Source of the DNA: Cenococcum geophilum
Lineage: Eukaryota
Direction: 5' to 3'
NCBI GenBank assembly: GCA_050273025.1
Contig: CP158635.1
Location: 25,482,001-25,546,000, forward strand
DNA: 64,000 nucleotides
Under the pieces are notes generated by a model, which saw only the letters and a list, made by a program, of their open reading frames with translations, made no database searches and was not told where the DNA came from. Positions 47,230 to 58,265 of this stretch are shown in pieces. The position numbers were made by a program, and so were the translations under genes. Every line of letters begins with the position of its first letter. Position 1 is the stretch's first letter.

Positions 47230-50015
47230 TTAAGCCTCCTTACTAACAAAGCTCTTCTCATATGCACTCGCTTTGATCCCGGCTTGCGCACTCTTATTTG
47301 TCACCTTAGTATCCCCGCCTGCCTGCTCCGCCCTAGTCAAGCTGCTGTAGAAGCTGCGGACTTTCTCATGTGCGACCACCTTCCTCGGATCAAATCTTAG
47401 CACCTGTAAGCCTTGCATGGTCGTCGCCCGACTGAGCGCCACGTAGGCCTGGCCTTTTTCAAATACTTTGCCAAGATCGACTTTCACCCGTTCCAGGGTT
47501 TGACCTTGTGCTTTGTGGATCGACAGAGCCCAAGCCAGAATGAGTGGCACTTGTGAGCGCGACGCTTGGACTTCACCGTTTGGTAACTCAATTTTCCACG
47601 GCTCGCGCTGGCAGAGCAAGTCACGGGTGGTGCCATCAGCGATAACAAAGCGAACGAGTGGAAAGGTTTGTGAGGTGCTGGCGCCAAGGAGGTCAGTTTT
47701 AGTTTTTAATTTCATGTCTGGATGAGCTATTTCCTCGCCTCCGTCGCCATGCATAGCGAGGAACTCTTCTTCGTTTTGGTGATATCTATCGAATGTCTGC
47801 TCACTCATGAAGCCAACGACCTTTCCCAGAGATCCGTTGACGAGAGTGTCGTCCATATTTTTGATCAGCATCACCTGGGAGCCTTTCTTAAGGTGAATGA
47901 CCTCAGGCGCCATGCAGCTTTGCAGTAGCTTATCGCGAAATGCCTTGTCAGTGACAGTCCCACCATCTCGTGCTTCGAAGGTATGAATCTCCCCGTGTAA
48001 TTGCTGCATCCGTAAGGTGTTTGCTCGATCGACTTCTTGACGCGTAGGAAATAACTCGGTGGCCTCCAGGTCATCCTCGAATGCTAATTTACGGTCTAGT
48101 TTCTTGAATGCATTAATAGAAGCTGGTGTCAAACGACCTTCTCGCATTTCGTTTAGCATGTTCGCAAATTCTGGGTCCTTTTGTCGGAAAACATGATGGA
48201 GCCCGATTGTATGCTCAATAGCCGCAATCCACGTCCCAGCATCAAACGCGAACTTCGCGGCTTTCCCACTGTCTGGTACAGGCGGCAATTGAAAGAAGTC
48301 GCCCGTGATGACTAACTGGATGCCGCCGAATGGGCGACCATTATTTCGAATTGTCCGAGCGATTTGCTCAAGTTTGTCAAATAAGTCTCCGTCTACCATT
48401 GAAACCTCGTCGACGATCAGGACTTTAGTCCGCATCCACCGATGCCTTGCCTTCTGGTTCTTTCTAACCTTCTTGACTAGCTCTTCGGCTGACTCCTTAC
48501 CTAATCCAATTCCCGCAAAGCTGTGTAAGGTCACACCACCAACGTTACAAGCAGCAAGACCAGTAGAAGCAGTCACTGCTACTCGGTCTGGTTCCCTGAT
48601 ATATTTCCTCCGTAGTGCTGAGATTATCTCACGCAAAAGCACAGATTTTCCGGTTCCTGCCACATGTAAGGAAATATGCTAATTGAATATCATGCGAAGA
48701 GATGAAATAGCTAACCTGCAGATCCTGTGAAAAACACGCTCCTCTTGTGGTCCACGACGAGACTCAAAACATGCTGTTGTTCCTCGCTTAAGAATATGCG
48801 CGAAATATTGCTCTTCCGCTTCTTCGCAACAGCTTCTTTGAATCCCTCCGGCGTTACCTCATTAGTCTTTATTAGTTTCCTATTTGCTTGACGCAGGTTC
48901 TTCTGTTGCTCCTTTACAGCACTAGCCGTGGTATTCCATGGATATGCTGTTTTAGTGGAGTCCTTTGGTAAGGGTGTGAATTCGCCGAAATTTTGCTCCT
49001 CTTTACGTGGTCTTCCTGATCCATGTGGTCTAGGCGGTTCTGGTACCGGTTCAGCCTTTTTCTGTTTCTCAAGCCATGGTATTGTACGGCGTTTGGACGG
49101 TCGAGGTTGTTCCTCTAATCTTTCGGGCCCTTCGTAGACGAATTGTCGTAGTTTAGAGACGTTTGGAGGTATGTTGAAATGTTCCACCGGTGACGAAGAC
49201 CAAGGTATAGGCGCGCTGCTAGCTGGTGCAGGCACAGGGGTTGGCGATGTGCTTTGAGGTACGGGTGTGTGCTTGTATGTTGAATTAAGTGGTGAGATGT
49301 ATCCAGAATCAGAGTGATCCTCCCAGTGTCGGGTAGTGTACGAAGCTGCGACAGGTTTTGTCGATTGGAATGTAGGCCTAAGGATCGTCGAGGATAGCTC
49401 GGTCGAGTCTGCTAATGGAAGTTTTGGGTAGCTGACAGTTCCTTTCGTGGCCGGGTCCTCCACATCTAAATCTATGTCGCTATCGAAATCATTCTCATCA
49501 AAGTAGACCGTGTTCCCTAAGGTTCCCGTGTATTTGACTCGGGACTGTTCATCGATTACAATTGGGTTGCGCTGGGAATTGGCCGCGACAAATACCGGGT
49601 ATTCGAAGGAATCTTCATGCGTATCTAGGACCTTTGCCAAACCACCTGACGTCCGCTTGACTCCATTCGAGGGGGTGACATCCCGCGTCTGTGTTGATAT
49701 TTGGCTTGGTTTAACGACGTCATTGAATCCAGTAGAAAGAGGACGTGTCCCGTGGTGAGAGGCTTGTTGATTCGACTTAAAGGCGTTTTGTGAGACAGAT
49801 AAACCAACGGAAAGAAATTGTTGTTGCGTGGGAGGCTTCTGTGAGGCCTTGATAGCCTTGTGACTATCGATAGCTTGCCTGAGCATGGGCGCGGTGGATT
49901 GATGGCGCGTTATAAGCTGAGGATGAATTATGGGAAGCTTTGGAAATAGGGGAGGTGGCGAGGGCGATCTAGGCCGGTGGAGAAACGCAGTCAATCGGAG
50001 GAATCCGACGAGCAT
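47230..50015 (-). CDS. PIF1: PIF1-family 5'-3' DNA helicase (intron 48657-48715)
   Basis: FFTGSAG|TGKS Walker A across the intron, [37 protein letters not shown]. In-frame ATGs at 50081, 50015 and 49886. Confidence 0.96.
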
Positions 50016-51006
50016 ACAGTGTAAGAAAAGAGCAACAAGAAACCAGAGTAAGAAAATACAAAGCGCGTCGAGCGACGGCATGGAGTTGTGAATAGCGTGG
50101 GTGCACGCGAAGTTCTGAGGAACTAGACTAGTAAGGACCCTTACGCGACGGACCCGTTTAAAGAGTTTCCGCCAAGAGTTTCCCCCACCGTCACCTCGTG
50201 ACATTGCCCAAACTGCCGCCATTGGCATTGAAATACATATAGCTAGATACTTCAGTGTAAATATGTATGGCAAATAGACATAGTACGTTTATAAGCTTTG
50301 TTGAAGAGCACTTATGTGCTGAAGATTTTAACTAATCACGTGCTCTTAATTACAGATGGTGCAGCGTGCACTAAAATGCGAGTCTCCTCCACTAACACTA
50401 ATTCAAGACTAGATAATATCGAAATCCACATCCTGCACTGCTTTGAAAACTATGCGAATGAAGTAGAGAGTGCAGCAAGCCTCTTAAATACATTGAATCT
50501 GTCCTAACCAAGTATTTGTTCCATATAACCAATCAAATCCTACCGAACAAGGGAAAAAGCTCAACATGCAGAACTACGGATGGACGCCGTTTTTGACAGA
50601 CAATTTGAAATCTTCAGGAGAAAGGGAAGGAAGGGTATTCCATATGACGCCAATGGGAGACATTTTTGTATCAGAAGAGACGCCTTCAGCAACAATGCAC
50701 CACAAGGAGATTCATTAAAGCCACGATGAACAGTTAAGACGCTCTGAAGAGGTACCGGCCTATGGAATGAAGGAATACAGAAAGTGTAACTAAGCCACTA
50801 CAAAGCCTTCCCTGAAGACCAAAGCACGCATTTTGAGACATGGAAGTGCGCAAGACAGAAGTGAGACAAGCTCTATGGGAAGCTCATCAGGGGAACCTAA
50901 TCATCACAGTACGAATACTATCCAAGTGCATCCACGTAAACAGCCAAGCCAGGTTAGAAAAGACACTCTAGGTCACAAGGAAAGGGTGAAGCGGCCGAGA
51001 AGGGCC

Positions 51007-52892
51007 TTAGCCCTGGTATGCGCCAAAGCCATTGTTGACCTGACCGAAGTTGCCCGTGTTCGGTTGTCCCCACTGCTGGGCGGGTTGGGCGCCGCGACCG
51101 TAACCACCAGCGCTGCCGGGCATCTGTTGGTAAGGTTGAGCCATGCCAGGGCCACCAAAGCCAGCCTGGCTCTGGTTAAATGGCTGACCACCAGGGCTGG
51201 GTCCTGTGACGAAGAGTTAGTGAAGTTGAGATTGGGAACGAAGTAAGTTAGCGTACCCTGTGGTGACATAGGGCCTGGCCCACTATATTGCGGGAAGTAG
51301 GCATTCGGAGTCTGAGGGTAGGCTGAGTTGGGTCCCTGAGCCGGAGAATAACCTTCGAATTGGCCAGTCGGGGGACGATCCTTGCCCCACTACAAGATTG
51401 GATTGGTTAGCGAAGCAATCAATGAACGATCAGATTGGGCACGTACGCTGCACTTAAGAGGACGACCGTTGACATTATATCCGCTCAACTGACAAATTGC
51501 CATCGCTGCGTTCTCATGAGTATCCATCTTGATGAAGGCGAAGCCACGGTCAGATTGGAATCGTGTCTCAACAACATAGCCAAAATTTTGAAAGAGTGGA
51601 ACTAAATCGGACTGGGACGTGTACGGGGTGAGATTGCCGACATAGCAAGTCGTCTGCCATTGCGGGGTCTGCTGAACGATCATATCATAGCTCTGTACTC
51701 CATGGGTTGGGAAGTGATGATGGCCGTACGGCGTCGTTGGCGTCATTCCCATCGAAGCCATAGCCTGCTGCTGTGAAATCGAAGGCTGACCCTTTTGGTT
51801 GGCCCAGTTGCAGCGGATCGCACGGGAGCCGAGCCACTCTCCATCCATGGAGCTGAGAGCTCTCTCGGCATCAGCACGATCGCGGAACGCAACGAAGCCG
51901 TACCCGCGGGATCTGCCCGTCTTCATGTCCCACATTACGCGAGCCTCAGAGACTGGGCCAAAGGTTGAGAACGCCTGGAGCAGAACCTCATCGTTGACTT
52001 CATTTGAAAGATCGCCGACAAAGATATGAAAATGGTTGGAAGTATCCTCTTTGGTAGAACTGTTCGACTGGTAGGCCCAGTTCACACGAATTTCCTTAAA
52101 GGTTTAGTAAGATAGGCTTAGGACCTTGCGCGCTGGAAACTTACAGTGTTGTGAACGCGGCGACCATTGAGTGTTTGCATGGCGCGCTCGGCTGCGCCTG
52201 GATCGTCGTATTCAACGAAGCCGTAGTTGAACCCCTTTGACTGAAACTGTAAGCGGTCAGTGCGATGGGTGTTCGCAGCAAGACTTTAAGTTGGGGTTTG
52301 AAAAATCAAAAGCTGAGATGGTAAGAGGAAGGATGAGAGTCATATGCCCGTAAAATTGGAAATAGGCTATAATGATGATAGTGCAAGTGAATGAGTGAAT
52401 GGACATTGCGTGAGGCTTCTAAACAAAGTAAACTCGCGCACGTCGCCCGAAAGCACGCTGTGCAGCATTTCTTTGACTAGAAGATTATGATTACGAGATT
52501 GAAAAGGAGGAATGACGCACATTTTTATCAGGAATAATCTTGACGTTCTGGACATGGCCAGTCGTCTCGAAAATCTGCCGTAGAACATCCTCCGTAACGC
52601 GAGGATCTAATCCTCCAACGTATAGAGCCCGCTTGTTTGGTTCGGGTGCTGCACGACGCACGTAGCCGGGACCACCGCTGGTTGGGGACATGACGCCTCC
52701 AGATAAGGGAGAGCTAATCGCCGTTGGGATGGGATTGGTATTCTGCGGGATTATCACCGGCGCAAGCGGCGGAGGAGGCATGTGCGAGGGGTTGGCTTGT
52801 CCATTGCCCTGAGCATTATTATCGTAACCCGGCGCACCAGCCGAGGCTGGGGGGGGAGGTAAAGAGGCAGCTGAGGTCGCGGACTCGGACAT
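51007..52892 (-). CDS. PUB1: Triple-RRM poly(U)/poly(A) RNA-binding protein, Pub1/TIA-1 family (4 introns)
   Basis: LYVGGLDPRV, IFVGDLSNEVND, SRGYGFVAF, CYVGNLTPY, DRGFAF and a G/Q/P-rich tail ending AYQG-stop. Confidence 0.93.
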
Positions 52893-54158
52893 GGCGGCAG
52901 TATCGATTGTATTATATGGATTTTCTAAGCGGCGTCGATGAAGGCGGTTCTCGACAGAGGGCCAGCGAGAACAGGCGACAGAGCGACGGCGGATGTCGAA
53001 ACGGATACTGTGTAAGAAAATGGAAGCGCAATCTCCCCTCTACCCAGACTCGAAGAGCGATGACGGCAGGAAGAAAAAGATGGCCAAATATGTGTGCGAG
53101 AGGTAAAAGTGTAACAGGAGCTGCAGTGCTGAAAAGTATAGTTGGGTCGAGGCGAAGAGAAGCAGTTGGGAAAGTCGTATAGCGCACTCAGACAGACACG
53201 GGAAATCAGGCAAAGAAACTGAGAAGGAAAGAGAAAAGGAAGAGGCGCAGGAAGCAGGAGCGGAACCCGACGCCAACAACGATGGAAGATGGATGAGTTG
53301 GTCGACTGTGGGGTGAGGAAGGAGGAGGGTTGGAGTCGACACGCAGAAGCTGCAAATTAGAGAAAGCGCTAACCAACGGCCCGCTGCAGCGAAAAGGTGC
53401 CGACGAAATAAAACGCTGGTTTGGGCCGACGAGGCGGGATCGAGCAGGCGAGCGACGTAATTTTGGCCCTTTTGGGGAAATAGTGATCAGGTAAGGCTGG
53501 GTGTGAGTTTTAGGAGCGAAAGCTAGGATGTGGGCGAGTCAGATACGGGGCTGATTCCGCTGGCCCGGGAGGTATAAAATGCTATCTTAGTCCGAGATAC
53601 GGATAAGCTGGAGAGGGAGAGAGAAGCTAAGGGGAGGCCTTTCTAGCAGAAGCCATGCGACGATTTCCAATAACTAATGAAATCCAGCAGCACAAACCCC
53701 AGACGGTTGCGCGCGGAGCAGTCGCCGCAGAAACACGTGCCGACTCAATGGTGAATTATTGAATGCTACAAAGGTGCAAAGGGTACAAATAATACAAATG
53801 GTACAAAGGTATAGAGGCACAGAGGCGCTCAGGTAGGTAGTAATTCGATAAGCCAAACAGTTCCTGATTCTTTTTTGCACAGTCGCGGTCCCCTTGACAG
53901 ATGCGCTTTGCTCAGCACTGACTCAGCCGTCTTTTCTTGTCGTGAGATACTGCGCTAACGACCCCTTGGTGAACTAGCGCATTCGGATAACCACGATCCA
54001 GGTCAGGCTGACAATAAAGTTCGCGATAGGGCTTGGTGTTGAGCGCGTCCATTGTCTCGGAGCTTGGCCCGCCTCAAAGTGACGCACAACAAAGCCCACC
54101 AGAATCCTCTCTTGTGACTAGCAAACTCCATTTTTGAACCCTACCCCTCCACTCCGCA

Positions 54159-55345
54159 ATGTCTGCTCCACACTCTCAGTCAGGGACCCCTGCGCTTGAC
54201 AATTTGCAAGCTATGGTGAATCTCGTGGTAAGAAAAATCCGTCTTCCTCTGTATCCACGTACTTTTTAGTAACTTCTCCAAGTTCATGCAAACCGGCCGC
54301 TACTTCAAAGACCCAGTAACAGGAAATTCTGCCAAATCGCAGTATGGCATGAAGCGCGCCATTCCTGCTGCCCTCGAGCGATTCCACGACTCCCTTGATG
54401 AGCTTGAGAACGAGCTGGTAAGCTTCAGCAGAACCCCCCGGGCCCCACCATGGCTGCGCTGACACTGGGTGTCTGTAGACCCGAGCTAAGATGGTCACGC
54501 GAAGGGACTTTGCGGTGCTGCAAGCCGATCGCGAGAAACGGGAACAAGCAGAGGCCGCAGAACGGAAGCGCATTGCGGCAGAGTCTTGCGCAGATAAAGG
54601 CCAGCCGGCGCAGGGCAACTCTGAAGACGGCGACACAAGTAAGGACGTTGACGTCGCCATGACGGACGAAGCACAGCCTGCGCAAGCCAACAGGACCAAG
54701 ATTGAAGCAATCCCAGTTCCTGAAAACACCCTGGACAAATCTTCTCCAAGCGCCAAACCTACTGGCACAGCTCCATCGCAGCCATCTCACCCTGCACCAC
54801 TCACCACAACGGCCGGCCCTCCTGCAGACGACCTGTTCGACCCGCTCCCCACCACCGCAAACACTGACTCGGATTTCGACGCTATGTTCAATGACCACCG
54901 GTCCGCGAATCAAGATACCGACGCCCCTGCAAACCCTGCATCCCCTCTAAACTTGACCCTTGACGATGAACCCTCCCTTCTCCGTGGTCTCGAAGACTTC
55001 GCCAATAGTACCAACGACAATACTGCGTCCAACCAAACCGCAAATCTTGATGAGACGGGTGATTTCAATATGCTGGACCTCCCGACTAACACCAACACAG
55101 CTACAAACAACTCAGGCCAGCCGGATTTACTCGGCCAAGCTGAACAAATTGAGTCGGGCATTGACTCGCAATATCAAAACTCCCAAACACAACAGCAGCA
55201 TCAGGGTCAAGACGACCTTCTGGATACCTTACCTACAGATTCAAATTTTGAAGATTTATTTAACTTGGAATACGAGAATCCGGAATATGGGAATCCGGAA
55301 GGGACAGAATTCGAAGACGCTTTCTTTGGATTTGGGGAGAACTAA
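54159..55345 (+). CDS. Conserved-looking fungal protein with N-terminal helices and an acidic D/F-rich tail (2 introns)
   Basis: Spliced model MSAPH..AMVNLV|FMQTGRYF..ERFHDSLDELENEL|TRAKMVTRRDFAVL with gtaaga..ag and gtaagc..ag introns, joining ORF 54491-55345. Confidence 0.8.
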
Positions 55346-56148
55346 CGCGACTCTGTTTTATCAGTATTACTGCTAGACATTGGGCTTTGGCAGTTCACTT
55401 TGAACCGTAAAGCTATCGCTCCATAAGCAATTCCTGGCAAGGCCGTCAGGATGTTGCAACAAGCCGTGGCAGCAGCAATTGTTTTTCATGCAGAATTGTT
55501 AAAATATTCAGCTCAGGGCTTACAGGGCAAGAGCGTGACCATGAGAGACGTAACCCAGAACAAGCCTGAGGCAAAGAAGGATGAATGAATGTAAGAAGAG
55601 AATTTAAGGGCAATTCTATGGGTAGAGAGTTAAGATGTATCTAAAAGAGTGTGGACAACCTTCTTGGATGCAATCAAGCACATCCAAAGCTGCCCTGTAC
55701 AAAGGAGATCAATTGGGTCAATCACGAGAAGAGATGGTAGTTCGCGGCCACATAACATATCTCCTCCGTGCCACTAATCAAAGGCTGAGGACAATTTCAG
55801 TATCTCTACCAACTGATTTTACTTCACACCATTGAACTAATGTTATAATTTGAATTTCCGTCCCTTCAAATTTTTTGTCCCATTTCTTTTTGGATATCCT
55901 CTATTAAATCCACCAAATTCCTCATAGTCATGGTATGTAGAAGTTAAGCCGAGCCAGCTCCCCCTCCGCTGTCATCGCTTGGTGGGTTTTCAAATTTTCA
56001 TCCTGCTAATCCGAAACCCGGCGTGACCATTTCGAGCCGTTTACTTGTCTGCCGAAGTCCCGTTCAGAGGCTATGATATTGAAAGTCACAGCTCTGGACC
56101 TTCATCGCCATTATCAGGCCACACGCTATCGCTTTCTTGGCTGTAAGC

Positions 56149-57525
56149 TTAGCACCTTTGCCCTCTTCTTGGAAAAGAAAGGCTTAAACCGATAATGTTA
56201 GCATGACACCCCCAGTCCTCGTCTAGGCCGTGGATGAATTTTGCATACAAGCTCTTTACCCGATTTGACTCTCCCGGGCACTTGATGCGGATAATGACAG
56301 CGCGAAGCTGATTGCCACTCCCGAAGATCTTGCTGAGAGAATTCCTGAGTTCCATGCTGTCTCCCCAACAGCTCTTATAAGTCTCGTCGATCAGTATCTC
56401 AAGGTTTCGGACAGTGCGGAGTGTAGCTTCGGTGATGAAGTTTGTGATGTTGATTTTTAGCGGTGAAGCCTTTAGGACCAAGAACCTGCGATGGAGCATC
56501 ACAATCGCCTCAGCGTAGATCTGACGATTTATCAAAAGGCCAGTTGGTGTGGACTTCTTGGACGCAAAACCAGTGGAGGCTTCAGGAGCGGCCCACTCCT
56601 CAGCCGTTCGCTTCTCCAAACTCACTTTTTCCTGTAGTTTCGATGCGTCGCTCCAATCCATAGCATAGCTATAAATTTCGTTACGAAGTTCCGCAGGCAG
56701 ACTCAAGAAGCTGAAATTTAGAGGTCGCTGCATCTTATGCGCCGCCTCTTGTCCGAAGCATCCTAGAGCGCCCTCAAATTCCACGCTGTTGATTCCACGC
56801 AGTTTGTCAAACATATCCAATATGTTAATGATCTCGTCACGCACAAAACAATGTTTTGGATCGCACATTTCTAGGTGTCTCTCTGTACGCGGATCGACGA
56901 GCTCAACTGTGAGCTTCTTTAGATTATGACGCCAGAGCCAAAGTCCAGAAAGCTGCTCTGCGAGCCTCTGCATGGACCTGACCTGCAGAAGGGCCCAGTG
57001 GATTTCCTCCATGTGCCTGATTTTGATTGTGACATGCGTCACCGATTGCAGGATGTTTGGGCAGATTACCTGTGTGATTTTGGGGACGCCGTGGAAGTGA
57101 GTGATGGTGAGTGGCACCTTGGAGATCTCATGAAGTGCTTCGGATGTGATGAAGCGGCTCACGAGGAGAATGCCCGGGGTGCTCAGGCGGAGATATGGGT
57201 GTCGATTGTCTTCAGGCTCGTGCATGTAGGTATTCGCGTAGTCGGCAAGGAATCTGGTGACGCCATTGAAGCTGAGTAGCAGCACGTAAATCATGACGCG
57301 AAGCTCTGCAGGTAGCTCTAAGAAGCGGAAGATGGCGCGCTGGGCCCTGGCTCTGCCGCGTGTTGTCACGTTGGCGACTAGGTATGTTTGAACAGATCTA
57401 ACCACAGTAGTGCTTGTTTGTTGTGCAGGTACATGCGGTCGTAGCGCGGTCCTCAGAGGGGCGGGCTTGCCCGTTACGCCCTTGCGGCGGCGATGGACCA
57501 ACTCTTTTGCTCGAGGAATGCCCAT
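56149..57525 (-). CDS. Protein with two F-box-like modules
   Basis: 458-aa ORF. FLELPAELRVMIY..TPGILLVSRFITSEA and FLSLPAELRNEIY..TPTGLLINRQIYAEA. Confidence 0.8.
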   Translation of the reverse strand: MGIPRAKELVHRRRKGVTGKPAPLRTALRPHVPAQQTSTTVVRSVQTYLVANVTTRGRARAQRAIFRFLELPAELRVMIYVLLLSFNGVTRFLADYANTYMHEPEDNRHPYLRLSTPGILLVSRFITSEALHEISKVPLTITHFHGVPKITQVICPNILQSVTHVTIKIRHMEEIHWALLQVRSMQRLAEQLSGLWLWRHNLKKLTVELVDPRTERHLEMCDPKHCFVRDEIINILDMFDKLRGINSVEFEGALGCFGQEAAHKMQRPLNFSFLSLPAELRNEIYSYAMDWSDASKLQEKVSLEKRTAEEWAAPEASTGFASKKSTPTGLLINRQIYAEAIVMLHRRFLVLKASPLKINITNFITEATLRTVRNLEILIDETYKSCWGDSMELRNSLSKIFGSGNQLRAVIIRIKCPGESNRVKSLYAKFIHGLDEDWGCHANIIGLSLSFPRRGQRC

Positions 57526-58265
57526 CCCAGGTTGGTAGAACTGTCCGGACTGCGGTTGAATATAATTAGTTTGGTTGACAAAAGAAGGTCTAACGAAAAC
57601 TTGGATGCGAACTGAATATAGAAGTGGTTGGGCGCATTATCAGGTGAATGTAAACGTTACCAGTCAATTCACATCAAATTAGTGCACTTCTCGAGATTTT
57701 CAAGCCAACAGTAGCCTGTTGCATATAGAGTTGTTTCGTCATTTTTTTAAATCATCATTTTTTTAAATCAGGATTCAAAAGTGTCCGATGCTGCCCACGC
57801 TTTAGGAACAACTGTGAAGGAATTATAGACTAAACCGCTCACGAGCACCTCAAAGCACTATCACCAGTCTTCCGAATTATCGGCTTGAAAGAATACATAA
57901 ATATGAAATTGGGAAAAATGGTATGAGATGCACAGGTGCAAAAACATAAAAATACAAGACAGAAAACTATTCGCCACTCAAGAATATGATATGTACCTCT
58001 ACAAAATATACATCATTTCCGCATGTGCGATCTTGATACAAGAGAATCCCAGCTGTATAATCAAAAGGTCCTTCGTCATTCATAGCCCAAGTTATTGAAA
58101 TTGGGTACCTACCAAATCATCGGCCGAGCATTTCAGTCAGTCCGAGGCCCCATTTGTTTCAACGCCATACACGCTGTCCTAGCAAGCCCAAAAGTTGCTC
58201 AACACATTAACGCCGATATAATGCAGTATTTACAACTCTCCCAAGTCCATGGCGTGCTCCACTAT

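Noticed and set aside
53763..53812. Imperfect 9-bp tandem repeat (ggtacaaag-like)
   Set aside because: Short degenerate minisatellite in an intergenic region with no sign of function.
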